Shown piece after piece: positions 26,101 through 36,314 of a DNA stretch of 64,000 nucleotides (position 1 is the first letter of the stretch; each line of letters begins with the position of its first letter). Below the pieces are notes generated by a model. It was not told where the DNA came from, did no database searches, and saw only the letters and a program-made list of their open reading frames with translations. A program made the translations under genes and the position numbers. Source of the DNA: Acanthaster planci (lineage: Eukaryota); the NCBI RefSeq assembly GCF_001949145.1, contig NW_019091358.1, positions 1,550,961-1,614,960 on the forward strand, in the 5' to 3' direction.

Positions 26101-29100
26101 CAGTGTGTGGTTTCATAATGACAGTATTTGTTCGGCACAACAGCATTGTAAGCCAGAACACTTTTTCTTCAAGCTTTGATGTCCCAGTTTTGTTGAAGTA
26201 CAAAGGTTGGTGAAACATGGTTCCCAACACAAGTAGAGATTTAGCACTAAACCTTGCCAGCCTTAAAATCTCATCAGGAGCTGAAGTATTTTTGGCCTTT
26301 TGCTTTCATTATAAGAGCCTCCACTCTCCTTTTTTGCTACCAGCAACCCCCGCCCCCCCCCCAAAAAAAATTGTGGATATCTTGTTATTGGGAGTTTTAC
26401 ATACGAAGCAATTGCTGTTGGGTCCTAACCATGACATAGATTGGTAATAGTAAGTTGATAACAAAGTTCGGCCGTCAATGGTGATAGGAAATATATTGGC
26501 CCAACTTCATATGTTCGCTATCCCCCTTTTGGGATTGAATTTCTTTATCGCAGTCTGGGAAACTAATTTACAAACTTCAATTTGGTTCCACAGCTGAAGA
26601 AGCAACTTCGAAAAAAGTAAGCAGTTGTTCGATTCTATACTGATAACAAAATGGAAATTACAAAGTGTTGGTGTGTTTGTTCCTGTTGCTATGAGTATGG
26701 TTGTGTAACAACACTTTTAAAATGTCTTTCAAGGTCTGAAAGAGACAATGCTAGAAATCTTCAAAATAAAATACATGTACCTTTAGTTTTCAAAATAGTT
26801 TCCTGCAGCATTTTTATAAGTTGTTGATTCTTTATTACATGGCTGCGTATTTGCCTTTGTGAAGTGTTTAAGGAGTTTTAGTTGCGATAAGCTGCTCCCT
26901 TTTTGAAGCACTGTATTTTTTTTTCGCATCTTTTCTTTGTCAGGACACCATAATGTGCAGAGATATCCGATACATGAAGGACTATGTGCCACCTGGTGGG
27001 AAATCGGCAGCAGCCAAGAAAGAACCTACCCCTGAGAAAGCAAAAGAAAAGGACATCAAAGAGGTGAGAAAAACAGATTGACAAATTCTTGTGTCCCTCG
27101 AAAACAGCAGGTGCCATCAAATCAGTACCTGCCATTCATTTTTCGGCCTTACTATCATCTGATTGCTAAATATCTGATGTCTTTTGATGGGGTGTAGGAT
27201 GCTTGAACTGTTGACGATTAGTGAGTATTTAGATGATTGGCAGTGGCAGCAGTAGGATTGGAGGTGGTCATTTGAATACCATTCTTATTCCAGTTCTTTT
27301 TTAGTTTCCCTTTAATATGTTGAATGAAATGTTTCAGAATATGGAAGCTTTGATACAACATCCAACTTTCAAGTGGAACTTCTTAAAATCAAGGTCTGCG
27401 TGGGGAAAACAGAAGATTTTAACCCCTGAAGAAAAAAAGAAAAATGGAAAATCTTATACCTGCCAGGTGTCATGGTATTATTCATCTTTTTGATGATGTT
27501 AACATTGTACTCTGAAGTGAACTCATCCCATTTGAATGCAGTAAATTTTTCCCAAAAAGCAGGCAAAGAAAGAATCCCAAGAAGACAAATCAGTTGATGA
27601 AAGCAAGGATGCTGAGAAGGAAGATGAGACCGAGGAGAGCAAGGAAGGCAAAGTGATGGACAGAGTGACAGATGCTGCAGAGAGATCAACAGAACCAGCT
27701 GGAGGAGATAGTGTGGCAGGCCAGAAGGGAAGAGATGAAGGCCATGGAGGAAGCGAAACCAGGCAGGCAGATGCAGACAGCATGGGAGAGGCAAGACAAG
27801 AAGGGGATTCGGGTAGGAATCACAAAATGGGTCAGGAGAGTGAAAAGGAAATGATAGTCTCCCAGAGAGGAGAGGGTAGTGACGATCAGGCTGGGCCAGC
27901 GGGGGCAGGAGAAGAACCTGGCACAGTCACCTCCACGGACCTGCAAACAGACAAATTAACTTCAGTGGACAGCATTCGAGACAGCAAACGAGAACAGGCT
28001 GTGTCAGCAGAGGGTTCTGTCAATGGACTATCTCGTAGTTCACCAGGACAGCAAGAAGATCCCAGAAATTCTACCTCAAAGACTGAAGTTTCAAATGCCA
28101 GCCTGCCACTGTCAGGACAGACCAGTAGCCCAACAGACCAGAAACCTCCCAGAGATGAACCTGACGAGCAGCAACACAAGCCTCACCCCAAGAAGCCAGG
28201 GGCAGCAGATGTGGGTGCCTACTTGCTAGAGCCTGGCGACGAAGATGACGAAGAAGGGGCGGACCATCACCTGATCGAACTGCTCGCCAGCCAGGGGGAC
28301 CGCGCCATGGCCCACAGCCCAGACAATGCCTTTGGTGACCGCAGCCCTTGGCTTGGCTCTTCCTACCCCTATTGCAGCGCAGGTTATTCTATGGCTCCAG
28401 GCATCTTTGGTGGGGTGCAGCATCCGCCAGAAGCTTTGGGACTCAACCCAGTTGTGCCATCCATGGACTCCCATTATGTGGACAAGTATGAATATTTGTT
28501 CTTGTTAAACTTGAATCGAGAGTACAGTTTATGTACATGTAGTTCATTGGATATTGAACAATAAACTTGTTTACTTTGGTTTTATGTGTTTCATTTGAAA
28601 TTCATTATGGCCTTTAGTGATTAGCATAAATAGTCAAATTTGATATATTCTGCTACTAAAATATCAATCAACTTAGCTATTAATATGAAAATGCATGCTC
28701 TTCATTCAGGGAACAATCTGGCAGTAAGTGTTGTTTGATTTCATTCTGAATCCTTCGTATTTGAAGCCCCTCACAACACACCAATATTTCACAGGATGCC
28801 GTGCCTACCAGCAAAGATTTCAGATGGAGTGATTACAATTTGCAAGTGCACATTGTAGCTTGGCACTTCTTGTCGTGTATGGTTTGTCGTCGAGTGCTGT
28901 AATGCCCAAGCAGTAGACAAACTGAGAAAAAAAAGGCAGTTTGGAAGGGTTCAAGCACTTTCTGTTGTATTGTACAGTGGCAGTATTGACATGGTGGAAA
29001 CACCTAAACCAGACCAAGGCAGCTTCACAGGCGATGGATTCAAAATTGGTAAGTGCCATCCCTAGTGTTCCAAATCAGAGGCAAACCATCCTGGAGTTTC

Positions 29101-32100
29101 AAATCTCGTTACCGTACCTTTGTGAGGTTCCTATATCAACTTCACCACCTCAAGACTAGTGCACACAAGACACAGATATGAATGTGAATACATGTACAAA
29201 CTTTTGATGGTTTTTTTTGAGTATTCACACTGTCTGCAAAAGCCAAATTCGCTTCAACCATGGCAAGTTGTTTCTCTTTCCCATTCACTTCGCAAAAGTA
29301 TGAACGATCTGAAGCCTGTGTTCCTCTTTCTCAGATTTGTGCATCAGTACAGGTTTTAAAGATCCATTAAAGCATTTGAAGCTGATCTCTGAAATCTAAC
29401 TTTGCAAAGGTATTTGAATTTCTTGTTTGCATTGCTGTAGTTACTGTGTCTAAACCTCTAAGGTTTTGCCAGTTTGGTGGCAGGAGGAAAGATTGTGGCT
29501 TCCCCGTGGACATTCAGAAATTGTGAGAATAAAACTGAGCATAACCATGGCAAAAATACATGCACGCGGTGGGAAAAACACATTATTTCATTAAAAAACC
29601 CTACCTGTGTTCATATGATGGGACTGCAGTTGTGGGCTCCAGCTTCAGCGTTTATGTTGCCACGCCACTGTCCGACAACGGACGCTTCTGGGCATCCAGA
29701 CTGAGGGGCCCTGCTCAAGAGTCACAGCTACGCAGACTCATGCACGACATCAGGTGAGTCGGACTGACAGATATGGGGACTCTTGGGGGGGCTTGCAAGA
29801 TTTTTGACAGATCTGCGCTCGTTGCAGGAACTTTTAGAGATAGCATGTGCAGCAGTGGCAGTCCATTTGTGGGAATTCACACGCATGCACAGGTTCAGGC
29901 TCATTTAGCACCACCTGGACTGACCCCAAGGTTTCATGTGGGATTGAAATATATAGGCCAACCTGTCCTGGCCAACGGTTTCATTGCCTAATCTCCCAAA
30001 GAACGGGTAATGAAACTGACACCCTTGGGTGCTATGTAAGGCTGTATTTCCACTGCTACCAATTTTGTGGGGAAGGAAATGTGAAAACTTATTTGCAAGT
30101 GTTGAAGATTTATTTTAAAAATCAAGCTTGTAAATTCTGAGTGAGCAAAAGTTGCCTGTCCAAATTTGTGTTTTGCTCGTCCTCATCTGAACAGCTGGCT
30201 AGATAACAAACTGCCTGACCATGGATGACCGATTTCTGTTGGAATGTACATGTTCCATTTCTCAAGTTTGCATATACCTGTATGCACTTAGTGCATGCTA
30301 AAGCTCAGTTGAAAAACTTCCCACCATCCCAATGACTGGCTGGAAATAACACTGGCACCAGTGATAACCATCAGTCTAGTGGCTGCAGTCATTTTCATGC
30401 TTGCCTTATGGGTCAAGTCACAGCAAGTTCATCCAGGTACATTTGTTCATTAGAAGTTTAGGCTTCAGCAAACATGTTTGCATCATTCAGCAATGCAAGT
30501 CATGTGTTTGTTTTCTATTTTCCTATTTGCACCCTTGTGCCTGTGAAAAGTTTTATTTGTAAGTTTTGAGACACATTACAGAGATTGTGAGAGTCTGGTT
30601 CACTTTCATGATGACATGTTATACTCCCTGCTCGAAACTTTTTCCTGAAATGATACCGGTATCATTATCATTGCACCACACGTTGTTCTGTCTGTAGGCA
30701 GGTTTACAGTGTGTTGTGTGATGGTGAATGCGAGATGCCGATAATAAGCCATTTGTGAGTTAAATTTGAATAAAATCTGGTACACTGAGTTATCTGATTG
30801 CACATAAACATAACAATTCGAATTCCCCAGACTAAAGACACTGTTGATATACCTCGTCATAGGGCCAAGCTGTTGCTTCGCGATCACCATCTCTGGAATG
30901 GAGTACTTCCTTTGTGCCCTTCTTTTCCATTGAGAACAATGTATTGTTGCAAGGCGTCTCTTATGTAACCAAGGAAAAGCCTGCCCCGAATCACGAGGTA
31001 TAGCAACAGTGGCTTTAGTGTGGAGAATTCCAATTGTTATATTCACATGAATTTAAAGAACTCAGTGTACCAAATTCTATTCAAATTTAACTCGCAAAAG
31101 GCTTATTGCAAGATGCTGTTACAAAGCCCCATGGGACAGTTCATAATCATCACAATGACATGTCTGTGCACAAAACTCAATTGTTACATGTAGGTGTGGG
31201 CCCTTCATGCACGGTTAAGACAGCGACCCTGTCAAAGTTCAGTCATTTGAACTCTGTAGCGATACCACGGGTGTCCTTTGGCAACTAGTCGCTGGCATTT
31301 CAAACACAACTATGCATGGTGTGTGGGACAAATGTGCGTCCTTTTTTCAGTCATGCAGCCGATAATAAACTGGCGTTAGGACATGGCAGCATTGTGCCTA
31401 CACTATTAGAAATAGTTCACTTGTGACATGCATGGAAGGAGAGTACTACAGGAGAGACATGTTAGTGGTCCATGGCACTCTTGGTCCATGTACACTCTTA
31501 GGCATATGGGCCCCAATGTAAATTCAGGGTCAGCCACTTACCTCAAATTGTAAGCAAAATCCAAGGACTCGTTCACAACAGAGACAGCTAGTTTTTTTAT
31601 TTGTCACTCCACTCGGCCAGTTCATCTGTTACTTGATGATTATTTCTCTTCATTTTTAGCCTTCCATCAGAGCCCCTGACATTAGAGCGACTAAAGGAGA
31701 TCAAAGTAGTGTGCGTACAGACCCAGTCGGGGCAGTGGTGTCGCGGGAGGGTAGAGGGCTTCGTTGATGAAAAGGTATGCACAGGCGTCCTCGTTATTGT
31801 TGTCACTGTCTGTATTACTCCATTCGTTCAGTGGTAATTGAAGTAATGGGCTGGCTTCATTAGGCAGCCAAGCAGGGGCCATTTGCTCAAAGATATAGTG
31901 TATTGTTTTATTGTTTTCCTTTATGCGTTCACCCAACTGTGCGAGTCCCATTTACAGGATGATTATAAGTGGCAATGAAGCAGACAGTGGAGAAATGTAC
32001 AAGTGACACCTTGAACTACATTTTCAGAATGTGATTTTGTAACCAAATAATTTTTTTCTTCTGCTTATTTCATTGATTTTTTTTACATGTGACTTTTCCA

Positions 32101-35100
32101 GTTTGAAGATAAATATTGAAATATTTGATAACATGCAATATTCTACACAACCCTAGTAATATAAAAGAGCATCTCCTGAATTTTAAATATATTGTGTGCT
32201 ACTACAATTCTAGTATTGCACGAGAGGTTGTGTTGTTTCGAAGGTATCTCAACTAGATTAAAAAAGTTTGGTGTTTGGATTGTGGACACAGGTGCAGGTT
32301 CGTTATGTTGATTTTGGCCAAGCTGAGGTGGTAGAGGAGCACAGAATCAAGACACTCCCTGTGGCCGATCAGCTCTTCCCATATCAGGTGAGTCAAAGAT
32401 GATAGCAAATGGTTTATTGATTCCCCCGGAAATACAAAAGCTCACGGCTCTGTGCCTGTGATAGGTTGCTAAAAATTAATCAGCTGTGCATAAATGTACA
32501 ATTGCACAAAGCAGGCTCTGAAAATTTTTTCATTTCAATTAAAATCCCAAATTAAAATATTTCTTTGCACTCAAGCTCCTATTTTACTCCTTTTTAAAAA
32601 CTCTGTTGAACCTTCTAAAAGGTTATTGTCTTCTACGTTAATGTTGAAGTATTTGAGATGATGATTATTAAGTATTTCTGGTAATGACACCAAGGATTCC
32701 TCAAAAGTGCCCTAGGTACTGTAGCTCACAAGCCCGAAGAAACCTGTAGAGGAGACGATGGAAGCAGTTGCATTTATAGAGGTGGAGAGAAACCCTAGAA
32801 AAATATTCTGCCTAAAACTGACAGAAACAGGTACTGGTTGGGGCTGAAACTTGAATCTGTATATAGACGTGGGATAGGATCTGAACTCGGGCAGCAGAGG
32901 TGAAAGGTAGGATGTAGCAGAGGAAATATTCATAACTCTTTTCAATTTTACTTTTGGCTGACAAGTTGCCCCCAACGTATATTTGGGTAAGGGCAAACCC
33001 ATTATATATAATTAACGTCTCCCCAACGCAAAAATACATCTTGAAAATAGTTCACAGTACCCGCTGCTTCATTTGACTCGGACCGGCCAGCCGACCCTTG
33101 CAAGCTCGGTGGTCGAGTGGTTAAGACATCTGCACTAGTAAGCAGGAGGTCGTGGGCTCGAGTCCCACCGGAGTAAGCTTGTGAGGTTTTTTCGCAAGCT
33201 CTCGGACAAGCACTGAGCATACAGTGCTTATTAATATACGTTGGGTAAGGGCAAACCCGTTATATATAATAAAGTTGCCCCCTGAGCGAACGGTGTATGG
33301 AAAATTTTTATTGTGAAGCTTCAAATGTTGACCCTCGGAATGCACTACTGACTGCACTGCACATGAATGAAAGCACTGTAATTACCAAGGTTTTGTTTCT
33401 GCGCAGGCCATGGAGTTGAGCATTGCCACGAGGCAACAGACCCATTTCTCCGAGCAAGCCAAGAATGCCTTCCTGAGATACACCCAGGGCAGGCTGCTGA
33501 CCGCTAAAGTGGTAAGTTATCAACTACCCGGGGGAGATGGCCAGTCCTAGTTTTCCACAGGTACCGAGTGATAAGCAGAACTTGAGACAAAGGTATTTCG
33601 TAGGGCACCGATGGTAGTGGTAAAATGTAAAAGAGACAGAAAAGAACTTGTTTTTGAATGTTTATTGTTTTTTAATTGAAAAATGGAAAGCAGTTTATTT
33701 TTTCCAGGTTTTCCCATTTGTTGTCATATTGAACAAGAAATGAAACAGAAGCAGATCTCCAAAGCATTGCCTGATCCTTTCTCAGGTTCAAGTCTGACCT
33801 TAGATTGTGTGTTTCCCATCACCACACAGGTCGCCACAGAGCCCAAGAGCGTGTATGTGACCCTTTCCTGCATGGGTGACAATCAGCTGTCATACGATAT
33901 TTCATCAGCCATTCTGAGCATCAACTCTGAGGCAGTGCCGAGCGGTGCGGGTAGGTTGCGGCCAGCAACGACAAATCACAGATACTGTTCGGAAGCACAA
34001 CAGACGTCGCGATTAAATTCAGTTGTTGTTATTTTCCAAGGAAGAAGTGGGGCACCCATGCTTTTGCAACACTGTTGCTGGGCCTGAGTTGTATTACACA
34101 TCTACATAAACTTGCACTCTTGGAAGTGTGCATTTCTTAAATTGGCAGTGGCAATTTCTTTTCAAGGTTAGGGAAATGGGAGAACAAGCACACTACCAAT
34201 TATACATGTAAATGTTAGGTGGTGTGCACCTATTTACTAACCTATTCACTAACGCTTACCGGTATATTTTTATTTCAGTTATAATCAGAGTTTCCATGTT
34301 GAAAGTGTCATGGTCCCGGAATAAATGAAAAATGACTGAGAGAATCTACATGTGTGTATATGATAAGGGTAAAGTTATCGGGGGTGCTTTGCCTCGGCCA
34401 TCCCCCACCAAATATATATTGGAAGGGGACATTCCCCCCCCCCCGATACTGCCCATGTCTGAAATTCACTTCATGATGTCTGTGAGTAGGTAGGACCTAT
34501 TCATGCATAACAAACTAGTGGAATCGCAATCAAGTCTAGTTGGGTTCTGTTCAGATGAACTGTGACAGAAATGTTCCCATTCATGTTCTCTCAGTATTTC
34601 AGTTCTGACTTATGTGATCAACTTGTGATAGCTGACTTGAAATGTGACTTTTTGAGAAAGACTTGTGATTTGATTTGTGCTATGAGTTGTGATGTGACTG
34701 CAGTATGACTTGATATATATGTACAAGTGTACGTGATTTGTGACAGACTTGTGATATGACATACAGGCATGGTCTGACTTCTGACGACATGACCTCTCTT
34801 ATAACTTCATGTATGACTTGTAGTATGACTAAAGCTATGAATTGTGCCTGGCTTGTGACTGACTTGTGATAGTCAAGTGATTGACCTGCATTTTTAGCTG
34901 GATTTCTGGTAAACTCAGAGGTTTTCTTTGTAAATTATAACCTTTCTTTTCTTCAGAAGAAAGACCTGCAGGGAACTCTCGTTGGGGAAGCCGGGATGAG
35001 CAGAACGGACGGCCTGTCAGTGAGGAGTACAGACTGTTAGAGGCCTCTGATGCTCGTTATGAGTGAGAGCCCTTTGTTTCAACAAATATGAAATGAAATT

Positions 35101-36314
35101 TGGAAATTCTAAGTTAATGGATTGGGAACTGTCAGGATTGAGGAATATAGCTAAAGTTCTTTGTAGAGCTTTTGGGGCTTTTGTTGTTGCTGAAAAAAAT
35201 GTCTGTATCTTCTTCTGACTCCAGGTAGTTCTAAGAATATTTTACAGGAAACTTCTGTTATCAATTTAATTTAATTTTAGTGTCATACAGGTAGTTCTTT
35301 TGAAATTTCTTTTTCTTCATTCTTTAAAATTCCCGGTGCTGCTTCGTCACAACAGCCAGCAGTATGAGGGGCGGTCACATGACCGAGGCTCAGGTGACCG
35401 GTGCTACGTCTGCAACAACTTTGGACATCTCAGTTACGACTGTCCCAACCGGAGGACTGACAACAGGGAGCGTGGTGATCGCAGGAACAAGGGATCCGGT
35501 GCCTCCAAAAAGGTGAGGGATGTCAAAATCGGGTGTTGGGTTGTGGGGCTATGCCAAGGGAGAAGAGTGAAGTAGGGGCAAAGGGTCAGTGTCACTGAGA
35601 AATGGACTGGTGTTTGAAAAAAAAATTATTTGGAGAATAATAATTGTAAATACTTATATATACTAATATGCTTACGTCTAGGGAAACAAGATATCTGTCG
35701 TAACAATTTGATGGTAGTCGTTGCTAGCCCAGGTTAATGTCTTTCGTGAACCCGGGATTCTTGGGTTCGGCAGCTTTTCCATCCAGTAAGCCCCAGAGTT
35801 AATCCACATGAATCAGATGATGTGACCACAGAAGGATCATTTCACGCCTCGCTTGTTTATTCGTTATGATGTTGCAGAAAAGTCATTATTGTCGTACACA
35901 CTGTGTCTAGTCGTGTCCTGAAGTGGAATTTGGTGTGAAAAATTAGTGCACGTTTTCATATTCATGCGAGTAAATTCTCGACATCCCAGGCCCAAAAAGC
36001 AATGGCACTTAGAATTGTTACATGTTTTTGTTAAAGCCTGTGGCTGCAAATATTTTGTTCTAGCTCCTTTCACTTCTATGATCAAATCAATCCACTGAAT
36101 TTTTGGCTCTTCTTTAGCATTTGAATAATCGGTGTCTAACCAAAGACAATATTTTCCTAAAGTCTAATTTTAAAGTGAATGTTTTGATGATGCTAGCCAA
36201 TTCAGTATTTCATCATTAAAAAAAATTTACTTTGAAGATACTAACCAAAAAGTGTACGCCCAATCCATCTTAAATTTACGTGCATCGTTTTACATTTCAA
36301 AACTTCAGCATTGA
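14029..36314 (+). CDS. B-box / coiled-coil / two extended Tudor / CCHC zinc-knuckle protein (~1,088 aa, ~24 exons); RNF17/Qin-like N-terminus without RING
   Basis: Exons: 14029-14107, 15741-15829, 16105-16148, 17456-17521, 19169-19340, 21059-21136, 21526-21766, 22829-22946, 23539-23662, 23872-23973, 24727-24840, 25761-25857, 26594-26616, 26944-27063, 27563-28485, (28795-28841?), 29630-29753, 31660-31774, 32292-32387, 33407-33511, 33830-33950, 34957-35062, 35356-35512, 36309-36314. Phases chain without internal stops (3267 nt including the uncertain exon). Domain motifs read directly from the translation. Confidence 0.85.
15340..15553. mobile_element. Short palindromic MITE (~60-bp imperfect inverted arms)
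   Basis: gcggacatctgggattttcgcaaaatggcgggtagcaaccaatgaaaaca pairs with tgttttcattagttactatctgccaatttgcgagagtcccagatgtccgt. Confidence 0.7.
15741..15829 (+). CDS. Tudor gene exon 2 (B-box second half: LCDACNVLIHVGFLSEH)
   Basis: Acceptor attcag|gt, donor aaa|gtatgt; completes the C-x2-C..C-x2-C..C-x2-C-x4-H..H pattern. Confidence 0.85.
16105..21136 (+). CDS. Tudor gene coiled-coil exons (16105-16148, 17456-17521, 19169-19340, 21059-21136)
   Basis: Phase-consistent GT-AG exons encoding heptad-rich helices (QQVVSQALQAVWQALKQKEKELTTPL; LSECEKRISQA), as in B-box C-terminal coiled coils. Confidence 0.8.
16410..17184. mobile_element. Non-autonomous TIR element, AcademH-like (or MULE-like)
   Basis: Perfect 19-bp TIR tagacttgaaatcaagtcg / cgacttgatttcaagtcta; 9-bp flanks cttctgcaa / cttcagcga (7/9). 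Confidence 0.72.
19472..19623 (-). mobile_element. Older, diverged copy of the same SINE-like element
   Basis: Reverse complement contains ttaagacatctacactagtaagcaggaggtcgtgggttcgag and the gggtaagggcaaaac tail. Confidence 0.75.
21526..21766 (+). CDS. Tudor gene linker exon
   Basis: Acceptor ccacag|ctg, donor aag|gtacag; LEEFEIG..LDVTGLLQNIKELG. Confidence 0.8.
22829..25857 (+). CDS. Extended Tudor domain 1 exons (22829-22946, 23539-23662, 23872-23973, 24727-24840, 25761-25857)
   Basis: VYVESRLDPRSHFWV / GILCCGQFQEDHRWYRGRV / ARIRWLDYAHDNEVPLAAVQPLKEEFQTLPFQ / ALECSL / VYLVELK..VDIKGAVV: full SN-like extended Tudor pattern. Confidence 0.9.
26594..27063 (+). CDS. Tudor gene 23-nt microexon (26594-26616) and exon 26944-27063
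   Basis: ccacag|ct...aaa|gtaagc converts phase 1 to phase 0, which the next exon (gtcag|gac...gag|gtgaga) requires. Confidence 0.72.
27563..28485 (+). CDS. Tudor gene large acidic low-complexity exon (~307 aa)
   Basis: Long purine-rich open frame (overlaps ORF 27653-28564); acceptor aagcag|gca, donor gacaa|gtatga. Confidence 0.85.
29630..33950 (+). CDS. Extended Tudor domain 2 exons (29630-29753, 31660-31774, 32292-32387, 33407-33511, 33830-33950)
   Basis: FSVYVATPLSDNGRFWASR / VVCVQTQSGQWCRGRVEG / VQVRYVDFGQAEVVEEHRIKTLP..FPYQ / AMELSI..FSEQAKNAFLRYTQGRLLTAKV / VYVTLS. Confidence 0.88.
32974..33271 (+). mobile_element. tRNA-derived SINE-like retroelement, copy 2 (terminally redundant)
   Basis: Highly similar to copy 1; 11-bp TSD aagttgccccc at 32963-32973 and 33272-33282; 30-bp direct repeat at 32983-33012 and 33241-33270. 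Confidence 0.85.
34605..34885. repeat. Degenerate tgact/tgtga low-complexity tandem repeat
   Basis: Many imperfect gacttgtga/atgact units. Confidence 0.6.
34957..36314 (+). CDS. Tudor gene C-terminal exons (34957-35062; 35356-35512 with CCHC knuckle; probable 2-codon last exon 36309-36314)
   Basis: CYVCNNFGHLSYDC (35402-35443) fits C-x2-C-x4-H-x4-C. The last exon ttcag|cat tga is inferred; the alternative is read-through to the stop at 35575. Confidence 0.78.

Noticed and set aside
27369..28474. Minus-strand ORFs overlapping the large acidic exon, and those antisense to EDC3 exons
   Set aside because: Shadow ORFs of the low-complexity plus-strand coding sequence.
35402..35443. Retroviral/LTR gag remnant
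   Set aside because: No surrounding gag, pol or LTR; the knuckle lies in a clean in-phase exon of the Tudor gene.
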